This document shows, in pieces, positions 56,901 through 64,000 of a DNA stretch of 64,000 bases. A model generated the notes under the pieces. That model saw only the letters and a program-made list of their open reading frames with translations. It had not been told where the DNA came from and did no database searches. The stretch's first letter is position 1, and each line of letters opens with the position of its first letter. The position numbers and the translations under genes were made by a program. Source of the DNA: Cenarchaeum sp. (GTDB taxonomy: Archaea > Thermoproteota > Nitrososphaeria > Nitrososphaerales > Nitrosopumilaceae); assembly GCA_963692915.1 (NCBI GenBank), contig OY843584.1, positions 992,001 through 1,056,000 on the forward strand, given 5' to 3'.

Positions 56901-59900
56901 CGTCGCGCCCGAGTTCGGCGCGACGTATGCGAGGTATATCGTGTTGGGCTCAGGCTCGGCCCCATCTGAGCATATGTCGACCATGTTGACAAGCGCCTGT
57001 ACCACGGGGTCTGCGCCGGCCGTGCAGACTGCCGAGAGCGAGGCTGCAGCCGCGCCGCCGGTCCCGTCGGGATCCACGCCGATGAACCACTCGCCGGCAG
57101 CCGTCCTGCCCGCCGTGCTGTCATCGAGGACGATCCTGATGTACTCGCCAGAGGCTGCCCTGAACGTCGATGCCGTGAACGCGAGTATGTCCTGGAACAT
57201 GACATTCACAAATGACGCGTTTGCCTCTAGCGTGTTGCCGCCGCCATCCTGCACGCTTGCGCGCGCGATGCTGACTGTGTGCGCCACGCCCTCGACTGCC
57301 GGCGGATCGACGGTGAGGACGACTATGCTGTCTGACATGCCGGCCGTGGCGTCGGTGACGGTGAGTCCGGAGACTGTCAGGCCGGCGCGGTTCCTGATGC
57401 TGACATCCTCGTTGAACGTGATGTGGACCTCTGTTGCCGTGTCAAAGACTGCCGAGACTGCCTCTGGCGGGATGGCATCAGCGGCAGTCACGTCAGTCGT
57501 CGTCTCTAGCGCGTTGGCCATGTCGCCCTCCAGGGGCACGTCGGTGAGGCCGTTAGACGGCATCGTAAAGCTCACAGTCGGCGTGGCGCCCGGTCCCCAG
57601 ACGGGGAATGGGTTAACAGCGGGATCCTTGTGGCCGACATAGAACGGGGTGGTGAACTCGGATGACGCCAGTATCGTGTCATCGTTCCTCTGAGCACTCA
57701 TCGGATGAGGCTCGTCAGCCACCGCGTTTACGGCCCGCCCTGTGCCATCTGGCGTCACCAGGTCAGATGACGGCACGTCAAGTGTCCACTCGGTGGCCGC
57801 AGTCGTGCCCTGGACGGGCTCGCTGAACGTTACGATGACGTGCGAGGCGTTGAACGTGCGCGCGACATACGTCGGCGGCGTGACGTCAGGCGCATAGTCT
57901 GAGGCAGAGCCGGGCACTATGTCGTTGCCGTTGGCGTCAGTCACGCGCGTGGGCAGCGTGAGCGTGTACATGACGCGCTCTGTTGCCATGTCCGTCCTCA
58001 GCGTGAACGACTCGGCGTTAGCCACATAGTTGACCCTGAGCGAGCCGAGGCGCGGGTTTAGGCTGTTCGTTGGGAGCGTCGTGCCCAGGGAGCCGGCGTT
58101 GACAGGCTCGCTCATCGTGACTGTGATCATGGTGAGGCTCGTGAACTCTATGGACTCGAGGCTCGGGCGTATGCGGTCCATTGCCGTGACCATGGCGTCA
58201 TCAAGCGGGTTGCCGGCGATATCAAGGAGGGCTGGCGTCGCGCGGGCAGTGAACTCGACTGTCGGCGTCGCCCCGCCGCCGGCAAGCGCGCCGGCCTGCG
58301 AGAGGTCGAGTGTGATCGTGCGCTCATCTGAGAGCGTCAGGTCGCCAGTCTGCGTCGAGCCCTCAGAGGTGATGCTCTCGACAACAGTGCCACCGACTGT
58401 CCACTCGGCGGCCTCTGTGGTTCCTGACACGTCCTCGCTGAATGACACGGTGACCTCGTCGAGGTCGACCGTCTGGGCCGTGATCGTCGGCACCGTGCGG
58501 TCTATTGCCGGCCGCGTCACCGAGAGGGCCGTCTCGCGTATCTCGCTCATCGCGTCGCTCACCGCGCCGGTGGCCGACATCACAAAGGTAAAGTCAATGT
58601 CCGTTGTGCCGGCCTCGACGGTGTACGCGGCGGTCCACTCGTCAGTCATGCCGACGCGCGTCATCGTGACTGCGTCAGCTGGGGCCGTCTTGCCCACAAA
58701 GAGGATCGTCGGCGCCTCGCTGACGTCCTCATCAAGCGTGACAGACACTCCGATCACGTCTCCGGCGCGCGCATATTCTGTGTACGGTGCGGCGCGCGGT
58801 GTCGTGCCGTCAGACTCGAATACCGTGTACGATATCGCCGTCGCCATCGGCCCGTCAGTGGCCTCGGCCTCTATGCGCGCAGATACCTCGGCGCGCGCGT
58901 TGCCGGCCACGTCAGTGACTGTAGCCGGTATGGCGATCTCCCACGTGCCTTGCGCCGGCATGGTGGTGAACGTTGCTGTCGCCGTGCGGTCGCCGTCGTC
59001 GTGCGTAAAGGCCTGCGTGGTCGTGCTGTCGTTTGGCCTCGTGAGCGTTAGCGTGTCTACGCCGTTGACCGGCTCGCTGAACGTGATCGTGAGCGTGCTG
59101 CCCGAAAAGGCCGCGTTCGCCGTCGGCCTCACACCGTCAGTGGCGGTGATCTCGGCGCCTGACGGCACGACGTTGCGGCCGGCGTCTGCGAGGCCCGTGC
59201 CCGTGTACGTGAGGACCGGCGCAAATGACGTGTCGTCGATCGCCGTGTACGTGATCGTCACGGTGTTGCCCGAGACTTCCGCCGTGGAGATTGCGGCCGT
59301 CACGTCAGGCTCCAGCGTCGCGTCGGTGGCGGCCCAGTCGCCGGGCTCAGTGTCGGCCGAGGACGGGAGCGACTCTGAAAGCGTGACTGTGAGCCCGCCT
59401 GTCGAGACCGTGGCCGCCGAGGCCAGGCTGGGCACGCTCGAGTCGACGGTGACGTTCGTGCCCGTCAGGTCGGCCTGCGTGAGCGCCGCCGTGTTGCCGG
59501 CAGTGTCGCGTATCGTCAGGCTGAACGTGAGCGTGCCGCTGGCGTCCGAGTCGAGTATCGTGCGCACGTACGAGTACGCGTTGCCCGCCGCAGTGTCCAC
59601 CGAGTCGGCGGCAGTTGACGCCCCAAAGAGTGCAATGTCGCCGACTGCCGTGAGGAGCGGCTCGCTGGCCGCGACGTTGACGCGGACGTCATCGCCAATG
59701 CCGGCGATCGTGCCCGATGCGGCGTCGCTGCCCTCGCCCTCGAGCCTCACAGTCGCAGTTACTGTCGCCGTCGGCCGTGCCGTGTCGATCAGGGGCAGCG
59801 TGACTGTCGTGGTCGAGGCCAGGCCGTCCATGTCCGTTATCCTCGCGACGTTGCCGTTGTTGCCGGTGGCCACGATGAGAATGTCCAGCGGGTCTGTGGC

Positions 59901-62900
59901 CGTGGCGCTGCCATGCTCTGCGTCCACGACATAATCGTGGCGCCACGTCGAGGCGTCAGCGTCGCCTGCGTCAGTCATGGCCGCCGACGTCGTGCCCCTG
60001 CCGGCCAGCGTTATCTGCGGCACCGCAGTCACGTCCTCGTCGAGGTCGAGGGTTATGCGTATCGTGTCGCCTATTCCGGCCAGGTTGGCGTACGTGCCGG
60101 ACTTGTCGGCCAGCGGCGAGCCGACCCTCACGGTGAACGTGAGCGTGGAGGCCTCTGGCGGGCTGTACGTCGCGTCCTCGGCGCTCGTGGTGAACGCGAT
60201 GCCGGCCCTGTCGCGCAGCTCGGTCGGCAGCGTGACGGTGTGGACGACGTCGGCAGTCGCGCCGTCTGCGAGCGTGAGTGTGATCGTGCGGGCCGTGGCG
60301 TCATAGTTTACCGGGTCTGTGGCCGCGAGCGGGACATCGTCCGGATCGGTGCCCGAGTCGGCACCGTCAGGCACAGTCACGTCATACGTGTAGCCCTCTA
60401 TGGCAGAGTCGGCGCCGGCGAGTGGCTCAGACAGCGTGATGACAATCGTGTCAGCCTCGGTGAACGCCGCCGAGGAGATCGCCGGCGCCACGCGGTCTAT
60501 TGTCGGCGGCATCGTCGAGGCCTCCGTCACCGTGCCCTCCGCACCCGTGTCGCCCGTGACAGTCGCGATGAACGTGAACGCGTTGCCTGTCGCTGCCGTG
60601 TCACCCGCGTCTGCCAGAACGGTGTACTCGGTCGACCAGTCCCTGGCGGTGCTGCCCTGCGTCATCATGACGGAGCTTGTGGAGCCCGCAAGGCGAACCG
60701 TGGGTGGCGTGGTGACAGTCTCGGAGAGCTCGAATGAGAGCACGATCACGTCACCGACGACGGCGTGGTTATCGTACGGCGCTGTCTTTGCGTTGCCCGT
60801 GCTCTGGTCCTGCACCTCATAGGTGACTGTCGCCGTCGGCGCGTTGGTGCGAATGGCATCCACGGTCACCGTGGCGCGCGCGTTGTCAGAGGCGTCAGTG
60901 ACCCTGGCCGGTATCGTGACCTGCCACGTGCCGACTGCTATTGGCGTGCTGAGTGCTATTGTCGCAGTATTCGTGCCGTCGGTGTGGTCGACATTGCGCA
61001 GGACGGCCGAGCCGGTTGGCGGCCTGACGCTCAGCGTCGGCATCACATTGTCGACCGGCTCGCTGAACGTTATGAGGATCGAGTTGGCCACAAAGGCCGC
61101 CTCAGCCGTCGGGTTTATGCCGTCAGCGGCGGTGACGGGGCCTCCGCCCAGCGCGTTGCGCGCCGCGTCAGCCGGCGCTCCAGAGGACGGCGCCGTGTAC
61201 GTGACCTCTGGGCTGAACGACGTGTCCTCGATTCCCGTGTACGTGAGCGTCACGGTACTGCCCGAGACGTCTGCTGTGGAGATGGCGGCCGTCACGGCTG
61301 GATCCGTGTCGATTGCCGACCAGTGTCCGGCCATGGACGTTCCAGTGACTGCCTCGGAGAGCGTGACTGTGAGCGTCGTAGTCGATGCCGTTATCGCAGA
61401 CGTGATGGTCGGCGCGTCGGCGTCGACGGTGACGTTCGTGCCGTCCACGTCGGCCTGCGTGAGCGTCGCCGTGTTGCCGGCCCTGTCGCTCATCGTCAGG
61501 CTGAACGCGAGCGGGCCGTTGGCATCCGAGTCGACTATTGTGCGCACGTACGAGTACGCGTTGGACGCGCCTGTATCCACCGAGTCGGCATCAGTCGACG
61601 TCCCAAAGAGCGCAATGTCGCCGACGGCCGTGACGAGCGGCTCGCTGGCCGCGACGTTGACGCGGACGACGTCGTCGATGCCGGCCAGCGTGACAGTGGA
61701 CGAGTCTGTCGATGCGCCCTCGAGCCTCACCGTCGTGGTGAGCGACGAGTCCGTCGGTGCCGTCCTGTCTATGGCCGGCCGGTGCACACTCAGCGTGCCC
61801 ACGTGTCCGGTCGTGGCAGTTATCGTGCCGGGGTTGTCGCCGTCGGTGACCATTATCGTAAAGTCCAGCTCGGCCGTCTCTGTCGTCGTGGTCGACACGG
61901 TGAGGTCATAGCGCCACGTCGTCGCGTCGCCGTCTGCCCTGTCGTCCATCGATATGCCTGTCGCGCCGGCTATGTCTATGGTCGGCGTGCCAGAGGCGTC
62001 CTCGTTGAGCGTGATGTCCAGGCGGATTGTGTCGTCGATGCCGGCAAAGCCTGCGGCGGCGCCAGTCTTTGCCGGAAGCGTGGCGGCACCGTCATGGACC
62101 GTGACGGATATCACCGTGGCCATTGGCGGAATCGTGTCCCTCTTTGGCACCGTGACGTCGCTGTCGTCAGTCGCCGCGTCCCCGTCTGGGTTGGATATGG
62201 GCACGTACGCGTTAGTCGCCGTGTCCATGACTGCCGCATCGATGACGACCTTGTACGCCTCGTACGTGTCGTCTGCGCTCAGGCGGATCAAGACCATCGA
62301 GGCAGCAGAGGCCGAGGCGCCGTCCATGTATCTGACCCCGTCATCGTCGTATGTCGCGTCAAGTGCCAGCTCGGCCGAGCGCGTCGCAGGCTCGGTGAAC
62401 CCATAAACCTCAAAGTTGGCCGCGATGACGGTGGACATGACAAGACCCTCGTTGAACGTGAGCGTTATCGTGCGCGTCGTGTCATCATGCGACGTGTTGG
62501 TGACTGACGGCGCGACGGCGTCGACATCCACGTTCGCGGCCGTCAGGTCGGTCTGCGTGACTGTCGCCGTGTTGCCCGCAGTGTCAGTCATGGTCAGGCT
62601 GAACGCGAGTGGGCCGCTGGCGTCCGAGTCAAGTATCGTGCGATCGTACGTGTACAGGTTGTTCGTGCCCGGCGTGACTGCGTCGGCGTTGGCGCCGGTG
62701 CGGCCAAAGAAGACAATGTCAGTGGCGGCCGTGACGAGCTCCTCGCCGGCCGTGAGGCGCACGAGGACATCATCACCGATGGCCGCCACAGTGTTGGCTG
62801 CCGCGTCGGCGGACTCCCCTGAGAGCATTACGGCGGCGGTGAGCGCCGTGGCCGTCGGCAGCACCGTGTCGATCTCGGGCAGCGTGACTGTCGTGCCCGA

Positions 62901-63998
62901 GGCCAGGCCGTTCATGTCCGTTATCCTCGCGACGTTGCCGTTTGTGCCGGTGGCGACGATGAGGATGTCCAGCGGGGCCGACGTCGTGGTGCTTGCGTGC
63001 GTTGCTTCCACGACGTGGTCGTGTCTCCACGTCGAGGCATCAGCGTCGCCTGCGTTGGTCATGGCCACCGATGTCGTGCTCCTGCCTGCCAGCGTTATCT
63101 GCGGAGGCGCCGTCACGTCCTCGTCGAGGTCTAGGTCTATGCGTATCGTGTTGCCGATGCCGGCCAGGTTGGCGTTTGCGTCAGTCTTTGCGGCCAGCGG
63201 CGAGCCGGTCATCACGGTGAACTCGAGCGTGGAGGCCGCTGGCGGGTCGTACGTCGCGTCATCTGTCCTCGTGGTGAACGCGATGCCTGCCCCGTCGACC
63301 AGCGCGGTCGGCAGCTCTACTGTGTAGGCCACGTCGGCAGTCGCGTCATCCTCGAGCGTTAGCGTGATCGTGAGGGCCGTGGAGTCATAGTTTACCGGGT
63401 TTGTGCTTGCCAGATCTATGACGTCCCGATTGGCGTCCGCATCGTCCGGCTTGTTCGTGTTGTCAGGGGCAGTCAGGCCGTACGTGTATCCCTCTATGGT
63501 CGAGTCGGCTCCGGTGAGGACCTCAGAGAGCGTGATGACGATCGTGTCAGCCTCGGTGAACTCTGCTGAGGTTATCCTCGGCGCCACGCGGTCTATTGTC
63601 GGCGGCGTCGCCAGGGCCTCTGTCACAGGGCGCGTCGAGCCCGAGTTGCCCTCGATAGTCGCGGTGAACGTGAACGGGCTGCCGGCCGCTGCCGTGTCAC
63701 CCGTGTCTGCTAGAACGGTGTACGTCGCGCGCCACACGTCAGTCGAGCCGACCTGAACCATCGTGACGGGGTTTGTCGTCGCGCCCGCAAAGAGGACAGT
63801 CGGCGCCGTGGTGACGGACTCTGATAGCGTGAGCGAGAGCCTGATCATGTCGTCGACGCGCGCGTGGTTTGCGTACGGCGCGGTGCGCTGCGTTGTGCCG
63901 TCAGACTCGAATACCGCATAGGCTGCCGTCGCCGTCGGCGCCGCGCTGCGCTCGGCAGTGAGACTTGATGATGCCGCGGCGCGCGCGTTGCCGACCAC
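53958..63998 (-). CDS. Giant Ig-like-repeat surface protein (>3300 aa, 5' end outside window)
   Basis: Single open frame; T/D/A-rich repeats (ITLTFSE...D.AGN); C-terminal WTNHFTQF-GGGGDGCDDCTPPTLG region of the kind seen in thaumarchaeal large surface proteins. Confidence 0.85.
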   Translation of the reverse strand: MVGNARAAASSSLTAERSAAPTATAAYAVFESDGTTQRTAPYANHARVDDMIRLSLTLSESVTTAPTVLFAGATTNPVTMVQVGSTDVWRATYTVLADTGDTAAAGSPFTFTATIEGNSGSTRPVTEALATPPTIDRVAPRITSAEFTEADTIVITLSEVLTGADSTIEGYTYGLTAPDNTNKPDDADANRDVIDLASTNPVNYDSTALTITLTLEDDATADVAYTVELPTALVDGAGIAFTTRTDDATYDPPAASTLEFTVMTGSPLAAKTDANANLAGIGNTIRIDLDLDEDVTAPPQITLAGRSTTSVAMTNAGDADASTWRHDHVVEATHASTTTSAPLDILIVATGTNGNVARITDMNGLASGTTVTLPEIDTVLPTATALTAAVMLSGESADAAANTVAAIGDDVLVRLTAGEELVTAATDIVFFGRTGANADAVTPGTNNLYTYDRTILDSDASGPLAFSLTMTDTAGNTATVTQTDLTAANVDVDAVAPSVTNTSHDDTTRTITLTFNEGLVMSTVIAANFEVYGFTEPATRSAELALDATYDDDGVRYMDGASASAASMVLIRLSADDTYEAYKVVIDAAVMDTATNAYVPISNPDGDAATDDSDVTVPKRDTIPPMATVISVTVHDGAATLPAKTGAAAGFAGIDDTIRLDITLNEDASGTPTIDIAGATGISMDDRADGDATTWRYDLTVSTTTTETAELDFTIMVTDGDNPGTITATTGHVGTLSVHRPAIDRTAPTDSSLTTTVRLEGASTDSSTVTLAGIDDVVRVNVAASEPLVTAVGDIALFGTSTDADSVDTGASNAYSYVRTIVDSDANGPLAFSLTMSDRAGNTATLTQADVDGTNVTVDADAPTITSAITASTTTLTVTLSEAVTGTSMAGHWSAIDTDPAVTAAISTADVSGSTVTLTYTGIEDTSFSPEVTYTAPSSGAPADAARNALGGGPVTAADGINPTAEAAFVANSILITFSEPVDNVMPTLSVRPPTGSAVLRNVDHTDGTNTATIALSTPIAVGTWQVTIPARVTDASDNARATVTVDAIRTNAPTATVTYEVQDQSTGNAKTAPYDNHAVVGDVIVLSFELSETVTTPPTVRLAGSTSSVMMTQGSTARDWSTEYTVLADAGDTAATGNAFTFIATVTGDTGAEGTVTEASTMPPTIDRVAPAISSAAFTEADTIVITLSEPLAGADSAIEGYTYDVTVPDGADSGTDPDDVPLAATDPVNYDATARTITLTLADGATADVVHTVTLPTELRDRAGIAFTTSAEDATYSPPEASTLTFTVRVGSPLADKSGTYANLAGIGDTIRITLDLDEDVTAVPQITLAGRGTTSAAMTDAGDADASTWRHDYVVDAEHGSATATDPLDILIVATGNNGNVARITDMDGLASTTTVTLPLIDTARPTATVTATVRLEGEGSDAASGTIAGIGDDVRVNVAASEPLLTAVGDIALFGASTAADSVDTAAGNAYSYVRTILDSDASGTLTFSLTIRDTAGNTAALTQADLTGTNVTVDSSVPSLASAATVSTGGLTVTLSESLPSSADTEPGDWAATDATLEPDVTAAISTAEVSGNTVTITYTAIDDTSFAPVLTYTGTGLADAGRNVVPSGAEITATDGVRPTANAAFSGSTLTITFSEPVNGVDTLTLTRPNDSTTTQAFTHDDGDRTATATFTTMPAQGTWEIAIPATVTDVAGNARAEVSARIEAEATDGPMATAISYTVFESDGTTPRAAPYTEYARAGDVIGVSVTLDEDVSEAPTILFVGKTAPADAVTMTRVGMTDEWTAAYTVEAGTTDIDFTFVMSATGAVSDAMSEIRETALSVTRPAIDRTVPTITAQTVDLDEVTVSFSEDVSGTTEAAEWTVGGTVVESITSEGSTQTGDLTLSDERTITLDLSQAGALAGGGATPTVEFTARATPALLDIAGNPLDDAMVTAMDRIRPSLESIEFTSLTMITVTMSEPVNAGSLGTTLPTNSLNPRLGSLRVNYVANAESFTLRTDMATERVMYTLTLPTRVTDANGNDIVPGSASDYAPDVTPPTYVARTFNASHVIVTFSEPVQGTTAATEWTLDVPSSDLVTPDGTGRAVNAVADEPHPMSAQRNDDTILASSEFTTPFYVGHKDPAVNPFPVWGPGATPTVSFTMPSNGLTDVPLEGDMANALETTTDVTAADAIPPEAVSAVFDTATEVHITFNEDVSIRNRAGLTVSGLTVTDATAGMSDSIVVLTVDPPAVEGVAHTVSIARASVQDGGGNTLEANASFVNVMFQDILAFTASTFRAASGEYIRIVLDDSTAGRTAAGEWFIGVDPDGTGGAAAASLSAVCTAGADPVVQALVNMVDICSDGAEPEPNTIYLAYVAPNSGATPLVAYRAPTGDGATPIISTINMRPISDRAVIAADGLAPLFKPATASSTALTVTFDEDVMAAEGGIDASRWFHYDSAVDPPTRAELDAATTTFASATLDGKTLTLTLPSDYEPATGWGSADTAAVPQTVGYRVPAGESSDITDASPAANALADGTAVRGVADGAPPEVVTLAVVVLDDATPRVPKTGAYAHIAGEGDAIRVTLELSEPSSTTSLPTISALNVQATMALSNGDMTATSADIAVPGSWTPDGPLEFTITVNDAVIPSNEAMFTREDQTSDPPVRVDVSMPSIEAVLRTSSDLVQFVFSEDVTGTGDVSASDDATPDGATDPSAALEIRPEQPAGSDVISASDATADLALEPGTYIFTIEAGITDLAGNSFVPQEVTIGEGGEIESDTLIVPPTGALPVTISAPDDRGRLIGPVRLLTDDVVADDGTIDADITIRLGRHEVTIFSGTVIRALGETDEGVSPGTLLAELARRLDDLTYHGAPDADDEAAQTANERAARAITSSEPAAFLTLGKRSDADMVLFSAPVLIRLDGISESDHIFYMEAVQDGEPLHVAGEDRVRVTAIQTCDDAGFEDIDAETKPALGDAMTEALARDCHVRDGGDILIWTNHFTQFGGSSQGIRVGGGGDGCDDCTPPTLGIDSTGVRRVAGGFSYNADTIDAEYYYTPLPLITVETGQENTAVIKIFEDTGPQNVRHVGLGFGLTRGQHFSESQAEIRVSLPFSGEPTVSLEDPASALDVKTLRAESAVGECMAGSAAECLIVTISHTFLEPLEFDVVSTVVWDDRRNSWQNFFNHGVHVTGESLNPSHGIEVNGGTLTLYPLLAGHVDDDADGIIDYDARHVTYMLDDEYRVYRLTPDGTYAPLRNLASLHHDVDESMYEENRLTSHGASRGTALFDEILEKERAIAEEYLRLMGIAVALPGAEPSYVASPEPEDQSVYLERLQERIANEINLAELAMLELYPEMLPEDDDEGTDG
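59445..63740 (-). repeat. Internal module duplications in the giant gene
   Basis: ~59445-59750 = ~61425-61730 (offset 1980), third copy ~62520-62780; ~59780-60640 = ~62860-63740 (offset ~3096). Confidence 0.8.
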
Positions 63999-64000
63999 GT

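Noticed and set aside
55270-63327. Long plus-strand ORFs (e.g. 58030-59934, 60765-62507) opposite the giant gene, and similar ones opposite rad50 and the TSP3 genes
   Set aside because: Antisense shadow ORFs caused by high GC and codon bias; no motifs

Overview
GC-rich archaeal chromosomal segment whose housekeeping genes (mre11-rad50, corA, taw1/TYW1, rdgB, bud32, top6A, CFI-box cupredoxin, giant Ig-repeat surface protein with a GGGG-C-x2-C-TPPTLG tail) point to Nitrososphaerota (Nitrosopumilaceae; the high GC would fit a Cenarchaeum-like sponge symbiont, which is inference). Accessory content: (1) a ~24.5 kb block (21204-45717) combining type IV secretion genes (VirB4, VirB6-like, PrgI/VirB3-like, VirB2-like) with type IV pilus genes (TadA/VirB11 ATPase, TadC/FlaJ platform, pilins, large adhesin-like proteins), plus a separate block (5563-9983) with a divergent TFB, ParB-like protein, prepilin peptidase and ArdC-like protein; no integrase, relaxase or VirD4 is visible. 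(2) An AT-rich MboII-like Type IIS restriction-modification cassette bounded by ~60 bp inverted repeats and a 135 bp direct repeat of the 3' end of the giant surface gene. (3) Three dispersed membrane-anchored 11-residue-repeat coiled-coil paralogs with an identically spaced promoter motif. (4) Three tandem thrombospondin type 3 repeat genes. (5) A Rad50 with recent duplications in both coiled-coil arms. No tRNA, rRNA or CRISPR array was found. All family assignments are by motif recognition, not database search.
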